DNA of 64,000 bases from Thecamonas trahens ATCC 50062 (Eukaryota > Protista > Apusomonadida): NCBI RefSeq assembly GCF_000142905.1, contig NW_013657671.1, positions 62,001 through 126,000 of the forward strand, given 5' to 3'. The notes under the pieces are model-generated. The model was not told the DNA's origin, made no database searches, and saw nothing but the letters and a program-made list of their open reading frames with translations. Positions within the stretch are counted from its first letter, which is position 1, and the number at the start of each line of letters is the position of its first letter. A program made the translations under genes and the position numbers. This document shows, piece by piece, positions 1-10,796 of this stretch.

Positions 1-8
1 ACGCACCG

Positions 9-1112
9 ATGGTGGTCGGTGACGTTGATGGCGACGGTAGCAACGACATTATTGTCGCCACGTCCATGGGTGCCATCTACGTCCTCGACCTCGCCACCCG
101 CAAGCTTCACGCCCCGTATCCGGTTTTCTTTGACTCGGTCCATGTCGCTCCAGTCCTCGTCCCTTCGCCGGTCGCCGGCTCACCGGGTCTCGCGCTCCTA
201 ATCGCCGACACTAATTCAAACGTGGTTCTCTTCTCCGGCGCCACCGCGTCTAGCCTCTGGCATGCCCGCGTCGCCGGCAACCCATCACCGCTGGTTGTGG
301 CCGACGCCGACAACGACGGCGAGCTCGACGTCGTTCTCGGCTCCACCTCGGGTCACCTCTGGGCCTTCAGCCTTGCCGCCGGTGAGTCCCGTCCACACTT
401 TCCGCTCCGTGTTGGTGGCCGCATCACCGCTGCACCGACGCCGCTCGCCCCCGGTGTCGTCGCTGTCCCGGCTCGTGATGGCTATGTGTACGTCGTCGAG
501 GCGTCGGCATCGTCGGGTCACACTTGTGTGGAGAAGATCGACATTGGCGAGACGCTGCCGCATGCCCTCCAGGCCGCCGATGCCGATGCCTCGGGCGTTG
601 TCACGCTCTTTGGCGCCTCGCTCTCGGGCCGCATCCTCGCCCTGGAGACCAATGTCGAGACCCGTGCCGCCGCGCTCGCCAGCGCCCTTGGCATCGTCTT
701 TACCGAAGCCAATCCTGCTGCCGCCGCCGGGTGGTCCGTCCGCCTCCACCTCTACATCCACGACGCATTTGCCGTCGCGCCGGCTGAAAACGGCTACACT
801 GTTGTGGTCACACTCGGGCACTCGGACAACGTCATCCACACCGCGACCGTTTCCACCCCCGGCGCCGTCAAGCTCGACATGCCGCTCAGTGCCATCACCA
901 CCCGAGGCCCGGTCACACTTGTGGCCCGAGTCCAGGCCCGCGGCATGACGTCAGGTGCTGCCGAGCTTGGACTTGTGGCCCACGACGCGTTTTACCGCGT
1001 CCTCAAGGTCTTTGTCCTCGTCCCGATGGCGTTTGCCGTCGCCGCGGCCTGGCTCGCATCATACGCGCCGTCGCGCTCCCAACGGGCTGGACTCCTCGGA
1101 AAGCATGCGTAG
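9..1112 (+). CDS. FG-GAP/VCBS-repeat membrane protein, DEX1 (defective in exine formation 1)-like; probably 5'-partial
   Basis: Ca-binding FG-GAP motifs GDVDGDGSNDIIV, ADADNDGELDVV and ADADASG. C-terminal TM helix VLKVFVLVPMAFAVAAAWL. The frame is open to the window edge. Confidence 0.7.
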   Translation: MVVGDVDGDGSNDIIVATSMGAIYVLDLATRKLHAPYPVFFDSVHVAPVLVPSPVAGSPGLALLIADTNSNVVLFSGATASSLWHARVAGNPSPLVVADADNDGELDVVLGSTSGHLWAFSLAAGESRPHFPLRVGGRITAAPTPLAPGVVAVPARDGYVYVVEASASSGHTCVEKIDIGETLPHALQAADADASGVVTLFGASLSGRILALETNVETRAAALASALGIVFTEANPAAAAGWSVRLHLYIHDAFAVAPAENGYTVVVTLGHSDNVIHTATVSTPGAVKLDMPLSAITTRGPVTLVARVQARGMTSGAAELGLVAHDAFYRVLKVFVLVPMAFAVAAAWLASYAPSRSQRAGLLGKHA

Positions 1113-1153
1113 CGCACTGCGGCTGGCGAAGGATACAGGTATGTTTCACTTGG

Positions 1154-3285
1154 TCAGAGCTCGGCAATGACCGCATAGCACTCGTCGGCGGTCGGTCGCG
1201 CCTCGGGCTCGTGGCGGAAGCACTTACGGAGGAGCTTGCGAAGCGGAGCCGGCATCGACTTGGGGATGAGCGGGTGCTGTGTGTCGATGAGCTGGTAGAA
1301 GGCAGTACGCGGGACGTGGTGCCACGGGCGCTTGCCCGAGTACAGGTGGACGATGCAGCAGGCGAGCGCCCAGATGTCGCACTCGGACGATACCTTGGAC
1401 GAGGCAAACGACTCGGGCGCCATGTAGATGTGCGTCCCGATCTGGCGGGTGTGAAGGCCGGCAGTCTCCTCGACCACCCGCGAAATGCCAAAGTCGGAGA
1501 GGAAGACCCGCGAGTCGGAGTCGACAAGGCAGTTGTCGGGCTTGAGGTCGCGGAGGACGATGTTGATGCGGTGCATGTCGCGAACACCGCGCGCCATGTC
1601 CTTGACAAACGAAAGGAAGAGATCATGCGGGAGCTTGCCGCGGTGCTCGTTGAGGACGTTGCGGAGCGAGCCGCCGTCGTACAACTCCATGACCAGGCAC
1701 GGGAAGCCCTCCTTGGTGACCGACGAGCCCTTGAGCTCACAGACCCGGTCTGACGCCGCGCACGCTCGCGCAAGCACATCCAGCTCCTTCTCAAACGCCT
1801 CATGGACCGCCTCGGCCTGATCCGGCGACAGCGCCGTCGGTGTCGTTGACCCGTCGTGGATGATCTTGACCGCCACACGCCCGTGCTTCTTCCAATCCGC
1901 GGCGTGGACAACGCCGAACTTGCCACGTCCAAGCACTTCCTTCAGCGCAAGCTTCTTGAACGGAATAAACTGCTTGAGTGCAGTCGGCGACGCCGCTCCC
2001 GACGACGAGCTTGGCGATCGCCGGAACTTGCGCTTGAGCCAGCCGAGCATGGACGATGACGAACCACCCGTCACCGTCTCACCCTCGTCGGAGTACTCGG
2101 ACTCGGTGAACTGCAAGTACTCCGATCCGGACTCGTCGCTCTGCTCTGTGTCCGAGTAGTACGAGTAGTACGATGACGACGACGCGAGCTGTGATGTCGC
2201 GCTGGAGAGCGACGAGCCCGAGAGTGCCGACGATGACGAGCCTGAGAGCTCGCCGATGCGAATAAGTGAACCAAAGAGCGGCTTCTTGTTGTGGACCTTG
2301 CGGCCGCGGTCGCGCCCGCGGCTGCGCCCGCGCCCGCGCTCCGCTCGAGTGTTGACTGCAATCTCGGTCAGCGGAGCACGCGACCGCTTCTTCCGCCGGC
2401 TGCGAGCCCCATCGCTCTCCGACGATCCGGCGAGGTTCTCCTCAAAGATGACTGTGCCTGCGGTCCGCGCCTGGACGCAATGAGCGAGGAGCTTGGTGAT
2501 GCTGGCGTGGGTGTTGGCCACTCCACCGCCGCGCGCTCCGCTCGCCACAGGATTGCCGGAGAGCTCGAGCATGACGAGGGCCGAGTCGGCGCGGGCGGTA
2601 AGAAAGGCCTTGGAGACTCGCGAGATGTTGTTGGACGATGCCTCGAGGTGCTTGAGCGCTTCCAGGCTCGCCACCGCCCGCGGGAGTGTCGTCAGCTCGT
2701 TGTGCGAGATGCAGAGCCAGACAAGGTCATGCAGGCCCGAGAGGGCTTCAGGAAGTGTCGCGAGCCGGTTACCTGATGCATCAAGCCGCATCAGTGATGA
2801 TGGGAGCTCCGCGGGAGCTTGCGCAGCTGGTTGTGTGAGACGTCGAGATGGAGCAGGCCGTGCGCGTTGGCGAAGACCCGTGGCGGCAGCTTGCGCATCG
2901 CATTGCCGGCAAGGCTGAGCGAGGTAAGGTGCGGATGGCAAAGGTGGAGATCGTCCGGCACGCTCTTGAGCTTGTTACGGGCGAGGTCGAGCGAGTTGAG
3001 GGAACCACACTCGGCGAGCGAGTCCCACACTTTGGCATCGAGCTTGTTGCCGGCAAGCTCAACTCGTTGCAGAGCCGTAAGGCGGTCGAGCCGAGGGATC
3101 GATGAGAGCTTGTTGTCGTTCAAAATTAGCACCCGCAGAGCAGGCAGGTCGGTTGCGAGGCGAGTGAGCGCCTTGCGCGAGAGCCTGTTGCCCGAGGCAT
3201 CGAGCGAGTCGACCTCGTCCCCAGCCACAAGCACGCTCTTCGGCAGGCTGCTCCGTCCGCGCCCACGCATCTCGCAATACTCCAT
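1154..3285 (-). CDS. LRR + TKL-family protein kinase (frame break at ~2813-2815)
   Basis: N-terminal LRRs in ORF 2791..3399 (ATG at 3285, MEYCEM) continue as LRRs in ORF 1154..2941 after a 1-nt shift. Kinase motifs: LGRGKFGVV, VAVK, LRDLKPDN, SDFG, YMAPE, DIWAL. Confidence 0.85.
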
Positions 3286-3633
3286 GTCTGCACACCAGGT
3301 TGAGAGTGAGGTGTGCCCACCCTTGTCCGCCAACACGCCGGCCGTACTGTCTCGCCAATCCGTCGACTGGCGGAGTGGCGGCGAGCGAGCCGCGCGCACA
3401 CGAAAATTTCAAACTTTTTGGTGTACAGAAAGCAGCCGAGTCGGCCGCCAGCCACACAACTGCGCAGTGGAGGCAATCAGGAGACGATTCGCCTTGCTTT
3501 TTCTTCTTCTTTTTTGTGCAGCACTACGAGATGGTTCATCGTTCGCCACGATGAGGGCATTCAGTCAGGGGGGAGGGGGAATTCTTTTCAGCGCGCAAGA
3601 GTGGGAGGCAGGGACAAAGGGACAATGGATTGA

Positions 3634-5422
3634 CTATTGGTCGATGAACAGCTCCAGCTTGGGGTTCTCCTCCAGAGCCAGATCAAGGTCGTCCTGGCAC
3701 GACATGGTGACCAGATCGCCGTCCTCGTCACGGAACTTGAGGATGAGGTTGTTCTCATTGAACTTGCGGAAGACAGCCTGCTCGAGCTCGGTGAACGGAA
3801 TGTCCGAGGTGACAACAATGACCCGGGTGTCGTGGAAGTGGCACTTGACCTTGACCCGGCGACCAGAGCCGCCGCCGCCGCCGCCGCCACCACCACCACC
3901 ACCACCACGCGGAGCAGGAGGCGGAGCACGCGGGGCAGGCTTGTTCCATCCGCCGCCGCCAGTGGCGCCGCCACCGCGCCCAGCACTGCCACCACCGCGG
4001 GCCGCACCACCCCACTTGGGCGCACCGCCGCTTCCGCCGCCGCGCGCTGCGCCGCCACGGGCCGCACCACCCCACTTGGGTGCCGGTGCCGGTGCGGGCG
4101 GTGCGGGCTTGGGCTTGGAACCGCGGGAGAACGACGGGCCGCCAGCGCCGCCGCGCCCGCCACCACGCCCGCCACCGCGTCCGCCACGTCCGCCCCAGGG
4201 CGGCGTCGATCCACCGCCGCCTCCAGACCTCGGCTTGGCAGTACGCGAAAAGGTCGGCGGGGGAGCTGCGGGTCGGCCGGCAGAGCTCGGCTTGGCCGAG
4301 CGCGAGAAAGCCGGGGTCGGGGCGGGCGCTGGAGCCGGAGCCGGGGCGCGGGCAGGCGGCGGGGCTGGGGCACGCCCGGGCGTCACGTTGCGGCTCTTGG
4401 GCATCTCGTACTTGTACTTGGACGATGCCGGCGGAAGGTACATGATGCCTGTAGGGACTTGGAACGGGACGCCGTTAAAGTTGGTTGAGTCGATGATCGA
4501 GTGGTAATCTTCGGCCTTGAGCGACGAGGCCTCGGTCATGTCCCGGTCGGCCTCAGGAATGCGGCCCATGGCGTCGTAACCAAGGGCACGGTTGAAGATG
4601 ACCTCGCAGCGATGGAGCTTGAACTCGAGTCCGAGCTGCTTGTAGTCGATAAAGTTGTTGGCGCGGAGGCGATCCAGCGCCATGGCGGCATCGGCCACAC
4701 AGCCATCATAGTCGCCATTGTAGTAGCAGATGACTGAGCGCATGAAAAAGCCAACCGCCAGATACTCGTCGGTCTCCACAGCCTCGGTCATGTACTCCAT
4801 CGCCTTTGACAAGTTCCTCTGCTCCAGATAGAGCAAGCCAATGTTGCAGCAAATCTTAGCCGAGTCGGCGATCTCCTCAAACTCACGAATGGCTCCACCA
4901 ATGTTGCCAGCCTTGTACGCCTCCACCGCAGCATTCCATTTGAGCACAGTCTCCTACCATCCGCCACAACAACCCCTCCGCCCCATGAGTACCACCGCAT
5001 ATGTCCTTGTGTCCCTATGTCACCATGTCGAGCTTGAGGGCTGGGAGGGGGGGGGGGGGGGACACGCGCACCGCAACACCGGCTGTACCGCCCCCCCCTC
5101 CTCCTCCTTCTTCGGAGGAGACAAAGTATACCTAAAAGAGACAAAGGGGGGAGCTACTAAGGGGGAAAAACTTGTTCGCTCTATATCCACAGTATCCCCC
5201 CTAATATGTACCCGTCTCACGTNNNNNNNNNNNNNNNNNNNNNNNNNNNNNNNNNNNNNNNNNNNNNNNNNNNNNNNNNNNNNNNNNNNNNNNNNNNNNN
5301 NNNNNNNNNNNNNNNNNNNNNNAAAGTCATCCCTCCCTCCTCCTCCTCCCCCCCCCCCCCCCTCCCACCACCCCTCCCCCCCCCCTCCCCCCTCTACCCC
5401 ATGCACATACCTTCACAGACAT
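3634..5422 (-). CDS. noxR: NADPH oxidase regulator NoxR / p67phox-like (TPR + Pro/Gly linker + PB1); exons 5411-5422 and 3634-4953
   Basis: TPR region with AKICCNIG, DEYLAVGFF and NFIDYKQLGLEFKL, typical of p67phox/NoxR. C-terminal PB1 domain (VKVKCHF..KFRDEDGDLVTM..DDLDLAL). Exon 1 ATG TCT GTG AAG|gtatgt splices to tag|GAG ACT GTG, giving MSVK/ETVLKW. Confidence 0.88.
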
Positions 5423-6120
5423 CTCCCCTACTGCCCTGTGGAATGAGCTTGACGGGAGGAAGTGGTGTGGTGGCTGGTCCAGGTGATTGAGTTGGTCTCA
5501 ATGTGGGCGGGAGGCAGAGGAGGGGGGGGAGGGGAGGGGTTTAAACCCGCTTGAAGCATTCGTACGAACAGAAAGCGGTGGCGGGAGAATGCACGTGGTG
5601 GGCATAAGATGTGGAGTGGAGGGGGGAGGGGGGGGGAGGTGATACCATGGAGATGAAGATAGGGATGGGGATGGCGGTGGATGGGGAGAAGGGGAAGGGA
5701 TCTTTAGCAGTGTGTGATGTGATCCGCGTTGATAAGATCTTGGCGTGGCCTAAGGTAAGAGGCCGAGACCGTCAAGGAATGCGTCGTCTGGCCGTCTCGT
5801 CTAGTCTCGCCTGGTCTGATATATATTTTTTGCACACCGGACAATCCAAACTGAGTTAGTCATGGCACGCTGGCTTGTCTTGGGGATGGGCGGGACAGAT
5901 CGGAGCAGAGCAGAGCCGAAATACATGCAACAAGCCATTGTGCACTCTCCAGAGCCACTCGATGGTGCTATTCTTCCATCATTAGGCATTGTGGCCTTTA
6001 TGGGCGGAATCAGGCGTGGCTATGCTGTTGGCGGCGTGGCAGGAGCATGGCAGCGGTCGGCAGGACACGCCAGCTCTGGTCACCTAGACACGCGCCGGCA
6101 CTCCTCCCCCAGCCTCGCCC

Positions 6121-7581
6121 ATGTCGGACCCAGACGTGGAGAGGGGCTTGCGCGCTCCACAGCGCCGACGCCGACGCAGTGGTCGAAGCAGCCAGGGCGG
6201 GCGAGCTGGCACGGGCTTGGGGGGCTTGGGGGGCTTGGCCGCGGCCGCCGGCGCGGGCTCTGAGACCGACGATGCCGGCAGGCTGGTGGTCATCTCGGTG
6301 GTGGACGAGGCGCGTGGGAGCCGCACAGAGTTTGAGTGTAGGGAGCGTGTGCTGCGGTCGTGGATGGCGTACTTTGGCCCGCTGCTGGACGAGTACGCCA
6401 TCAATGACGACGAAGATCATGTTGCGATCACGGTCCACTGCGACGCGCGCGTCTTTCGCTTCCTCATCGACTATGTTGCCGCCCGCGACGCCGATCCAAA
6501 CTACGAGCCACCACTCTCACTCAAGAACGTGGTCTCGATCGTGGTCTCGGCCGCTTTTCTCGGCATTCCGCCGCTGGTCCATGCCTGTGCCCATTTCATG
6601 GCGGCGCGGCTAGACGCGGTCCTCCGCCTCCCGCTCGACCTCTCATGCCTGAGCGACACTGTGGTCGCCAGCATCGAGCCGCTTGTTCCTGTGGCAGTCT
6701 TGGTGAGTCTTGCAGATCCACGTGACGTCCTGCTTCCGCGATTGCTGCGGATGCGACTTGAGCGCGAGCTGGCGGATCCGTGCGGGATGCTGGCGGCTGC
6801 CTTTCGGTGCACGGTGTGCAAGCGGGTGGTGGTTCCGGCGCTCGGCGACCACTGTGCAGATGCCGATGTTGGCTTGAGCGAGCACGGCGAGCTTGTGCGT
6901 GGGCATGTGCGTGATACAGCACCGATGCCGTGGCGTCCGCTGCTCAAGGCTCTGTTTGCGGCCTGGCGCTCATGGCCTCGCATCTACTGGGCGCTCTACG
7001 CCCTCGTCCACGCCCTCCCGTGCGCTGCATGCGACTCGATGTTTGCACTGGCATCGCTGACCACATGCGCTTTTCATCCAGTAGCGTTCAACAGCGTTGT
7101 CTACCCCTGCTGCGGAGCGAGCTCGCAGCTTGCTCGCGGCTGCGCGTCGCGCGCGCACGCCCCGGCCCCGACCAGCAGGCGCGACGCCGACAAGCTGGCG
7201 GTTCTCGAGTCGCGCTCAGTCGCGCTGGCTGCCGACGCCGACCTGGTGGTCTCGCTCATTGCGTCGCCGGAGTCGCTGCGTGCAGCAGGCTCCCGCCTCT
7301 CAAGCCTCGACGCCGCCGCCCTGTCTGAGGACCGCTCCGGCTCGGACGATTCGGACGACTCGGTCTCGGACTGCTCCAATGACCAGCCGACCGGCGCAAC
7401 AACGGCGCCGCCATCGCGTGGCGGCTACGTTCCACGGCTTGTCACCAAACGAGCCAAGAAGATGGCGTACGGAGACCTGGTTCACGACTCGGAGTGGCGG
7501 TCGTACTTGCAGTCAGACCGGGACGCTCATGCATATGCGATGCTCGCCAGCCGGGTGAACAGTGTAACGTCTGCCGTGTGA
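6121..7581 (+). CDS. SANBR/KIAA1841-like (DUF3342, BTB-like) protein
   Basis: Motifs VISVVDEARG..EFEC..MAYF, ITVHCDARVF.FLIDYV and KNVVSIVVSAAFL match the recalled KIAA1841/DUF3342 pattern. Cys/His-rich C-terminal half. Confidence 0.75.
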   Translation: MSDPDVERGLRAPQRRRRRSGRSSQGGRAGTGLGGLGGLAAAAGAGSETDDAGRLVVISVVDEARGSRTEFECRERVLRSWMAYFGPLLDEYAINDDEDHVAITVHCDARVFRFLIDYVAARDADPNYEPPLSLKNVVSIVVSAAFLGIPPLVHACAHFMAARLDAVLRLPLDLSCLSDTVVASIEPLVPVAVLVSLADPRDVLLPRLLRMRLERELADPCGMLAAAFRCTVCKRVVVPALGDHCADADVGLSEHGELVRGHVRDTAPMPWRPLLKALFAAWRSWPRIYWALYALVHALPCAACDSMFALASLTTCAFHPVAFNSVVYPCCGASSQLARGCASRAHAPAPTSRRDADKLAVLESRSVALAADADLVVSLIASPESLRAAGSRLSSLDAAALSEDRSGSDDSDDSVSDCSNDQPTGATTAPPSRGGYVPRLVTKRAKKMAYGDLVHDSEWRSYLQSDRDAHAYAMLASRVNSVTSAV

Positions 7582-7651
7582 CTAGCCGCCGCTGGGTCAA
7601 CTCGGTGTCTCGGTGTGTCGCGGGCACACTCTTCTTCCGTCTAACACCCGC

Positions 7652-8988
7652 ATGGAGGTTATTGCCAACTCTATCGATCGTATCCGCGAGGCTGTGAGCA
7701 AGTCACCGCTTCTGCTGAAGCAGCATTATGATGAGCTCGAGGCGATCGCACAGCAGCTCGCCGACCTTGCCGGGCGAATGTCGACTGCGGAGAAGGTGAG
7801 CAATCTGCAAGATGCGCAGCCGGAAGCGTTGCATCCAGAGGTGGTTTTCGAGGTCACACCTGCCGCTTCCCCGCGCGTTCGGCTGAGGCCGAATCTAGTG
7901 CCGATTCCGAGTCCGATGAACATTCCGGCGCCGCAAACGCCGTGTCCGACACGAGTGCGTCTGCACTGTCTTCATCGACCGCAACATCTGCATCGTCTGT
8001 CCCAGCCGTCAGCGTCGTCGCATCTACTCGTGCTTTGTTCGAGGCAGCGTCGGTCCCAGCCCCCACCACGCCCTCGATCAAGACCGGTCGCAAGTGGAAG
8101 CGTCCGGCCCCGGCCCCGGCCCCAGCCCCCACCACGCCCTCGATCAAGACCGGTCGCAAGTGGAAGCGTCCGGCCCCGGCCCCAGCCCCAACCCCAACCA
8201 CGCCCTCGATCAAGACCGGTCGCAAGTGGAAGCGTCCGACCCCGGCCCCGGTCCCAACCCCAACCACGCCCTCGATCAAGACCGGCCGCAAGTGGAAACG
8301 TCCGACCCCGGCTCCGGCCCCTGCCCCTGTTGCTCTACAGACCAAGCCTCCACCGCCGTCCTTGTCCACGACTTGTATCGTGTACCTGCAGCCAGGCCAG
8401 CCTGATCCCCAGCTGAAGTGCGGTCACAGTGAGATCTGTGGGCGCTGCATTGGCGAGATGTGCGCCACAGAGCTGGCAGGCATGTCCCGCATATTGTGCC
8501 CGTCGCTCGAGTGCCGCGCACCGATCACGTACAAGGTGGTCTCCACTTGGCTGCCGGAGGACGCTCGCAGTCATCACCTCGACAACTTCAACTTCATTGT
8601 CGGCGGCGGCGAGTCCGACAGCTGGTTGTGGTGCTCGAATCCAGACTGCTCGGACGCGTGGCCGGTCCACGCTGCCACCGATGGCGTACTCACCTGCCGA
8701 TGCACTGCCCGGACATGCGTCGCCCACTCGGAGCCGTGCCTCCCGCGCGGCACGGGCTTTTGCTGCCGTGTCAGCTCGGGTGACTTTGCATCCACCATCG
8801 ACGCATGCCCATCCACCATCAAGATGTGCCCCAAGTGTGACACCCTCATTGAGAAGAACGGTGGCTGCCGCCACATGACCTGCGTCTGTGGCCATGAGTT
8901 CTTCTGGTGCTGCCTCCGCCCCTACCGCCAGATCGAAGCCGCCCGTGCCCACTACAGCGATCCTGTGTGCATCACAGCTGAGCTTTGA
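7652..8988 (+). CDS. RBR (RING-IBR-RING) E3 ubiquitin ligase with N-terminal basic/Pro repeats; probable frame break at ~7869-7872
   Basis: RING1-like CGHSEICGRC..CPSLEC, IBR WCSNPDC, and RING2 CPKCDTLIEKNGGCRHMTCVCGHEFFWCC with the catalytic Cys. The only plausible upstream ATG (7652) is in a different frame. Confidence 0.8.
8058..8330 (+). repeat. Four ~60-66 bp tandem repeats encoding (A/T)PTTPSIKTGRKWKRP(A/T)PAP
   Basis: accacgccctcgatcaagaccggYcgcaagtggaaRcgtccg occurs 4 times. Confidence 0.95.
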
Positions 8989-9468
8989 CCTCGCACACCC
9001 TTCACTTCCCCATTCTCCCTCAATCAATGCATCCATCTGTCCATCACTACCCGGCTAGCCCGCCTGTATGGCACGATAACCGTAGAGAACCTCCGATGAG
9101 ACGTCACAATATCGATGTCGCGTCTTTTGGGAGGGTACGGTGTGTGTTTGTCCGAATCGGCCCGTGCTGGGCTCTCGGTCGAGATCGTGAGATCGTGTTT
9201 CATGAGACACGATCTTTCTCCTGATGCTTTTCCCGCTCTCAGCCAAGCCTATCAAAACGCTGCCACTCCCCGTCCCCAATCCAGCAAAGAGACTGTCCCC
9301 TAGCAATGTATAACCACAAGATTGTCTAACCATCGTTTGATGGAGCCACTATCTTTGATCACCACCATGAGCTGCCTCGCCAACGCCTGGCGAAACATGT
9401 CCTCTTCGCCCACCTGCTGCCGCTCACCACTCGTCGGGGATTGCCACTCGTCGCCGACACCACCGCCA

Positions 9469-10336
9469 ATGGGACTGTTCGGCAAGAAGCTCTCGCCCAA
9501 GGAGCAGGTGCGCCAATGGAAGCGCGGCATGCGCCACGAGATGCGTGCTGTCGACCGCCAGATTACCGGTACCTACTCCCTTCCCTGTCCTAGCCAACCC
9601 TTCCCTTCCCTATCCCCTTTGGTGTTACAGACCCCCCCCTCCCCCCCCCCCAACGACCCACGCCTTCCATGGCCGACAACTGGTGAACACGGCAGAGGTC
9701 CGCTCGCACGTGCGGACACGCCCCCCCCCCCTACCCCCCCTACCCCCCTCCCCACACTCACTCACACCCATGGCGATGGCGATGGGCGTAGCTATCAAGC
9801 GTGAGCAGAAGGGCGTGGAGCGTGAGATCAAGCAGTGTGCCAAGAGCGGCGACGTGGTGTCGGCCAAGATCCTGGCCAAGGAGTATGTGAGGGCTAACAA
9901 GGCTGTGGAGCGACTGTATACCTCCAAGGCGCAGATGAACTCGGTGATCATGTCGATGGAGGCGAATCTTGCCATGGCCAAGGTCACCGGCTGTCTGCAG
10001 TCGTCGACCGAGGTCATGGCCATGATGAACTCGCTCGTCCGTGTCAACGAGATCTCACAGGTCATGATGGCCATGTCCAAGGAGATGACCAAGGCCGGCA
10101 TCATCGAGGAGATGGTCGACGACACCTTTGAGATGATGGAGGACGACGAGCTGGAGGACGAGGCCGAGGACGCTGTCAACTCGGTCCTCGCAGAGATCAC
10201 CGATGGCGTCATGGGCGAGATGGCCGGCATTGCCACTGGCTCCTCCCTCCCCGAGGCCGAGCCTGCCGCTGCCGAGGAAGAGGGCGAGGACGACATGGCA
10301 GACATGCAGGCCCGCCTTGCTGCCCTGCAGGCCTAG
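9469..10336 (+). CDS. VPS24: ESCRT-III subunit VPS24/CHMP3; exons 9469-9568 and 9792-10336
   Basis: MGLFGKKLSPKEQVRQWKRGMRHEMRAVDRQIT/AIKREQ..KILAKE..RLYTSKAQMNSV..MTKAGIIEEMVDDT..MQARLAALQA. The GT..AG intron restores the frame. Confidence 0.93.
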
Positions 10337-10796
10337 TCCTCCCCCCCCCTCCCCTCCACACACACTACACCATGGACGCGCCCTCGGCCAACACGACCCA
10401 CCCCGNNNNNNNNNNNNNNNNNNNNNNNNNNNNNNNNNNNNNNNNNNNNNNNNNNNNNNNNNNNNNNNNNNNNNNNNNNNNNNNNNNNNNNNNNNNNNNN
10501 NNNNNTCGCGACGGCCTAGTCCCTCCCCCCCCTCCCCCCCTCCCCCCTCCCCCCCCCACACACATCGATCGTACTCCACCCCTTTCCTCCACCCCCTTGC
10601 CCTTTGGCGACATTACCAAGGGAAGATCCTCTCCTAATCACCCCCCATCGCCCCTGTCCCCAACAAAAACCCCATCCCCTCCCCCTCCCCCTCCCCCCCC
10701 CGTCCTCCCCAAATGCCAACCAAGGTGACACCCCGCGCATTGCCACCACCACTACCCAACTCCCCCCCCCCTCCCCCCTTCCCACACACATACACC

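Noticed and set aside
9-1112. FG-GAP protein as the integrin-alpha partner of the vWA receptor
   Set aside because: It lacks thigh/calf domains and the GFFKR tail; the architecture fits a DEX1-like protein.
2819-4507. Long antisense or alternative-frame ORFs (e.g. 2819..4507, 27203..29041, 29486..30877, 37305..38720)
   Set aside because: These are shadow ORFs caused by high GC3 opposite real genes; they contain no domains.
5710-5820. Possible box C/D snoRNA (TGATGT...CTGA)
   Set aside because: Imperfect box C, no terminal stem and no recognisable rRNA guide.
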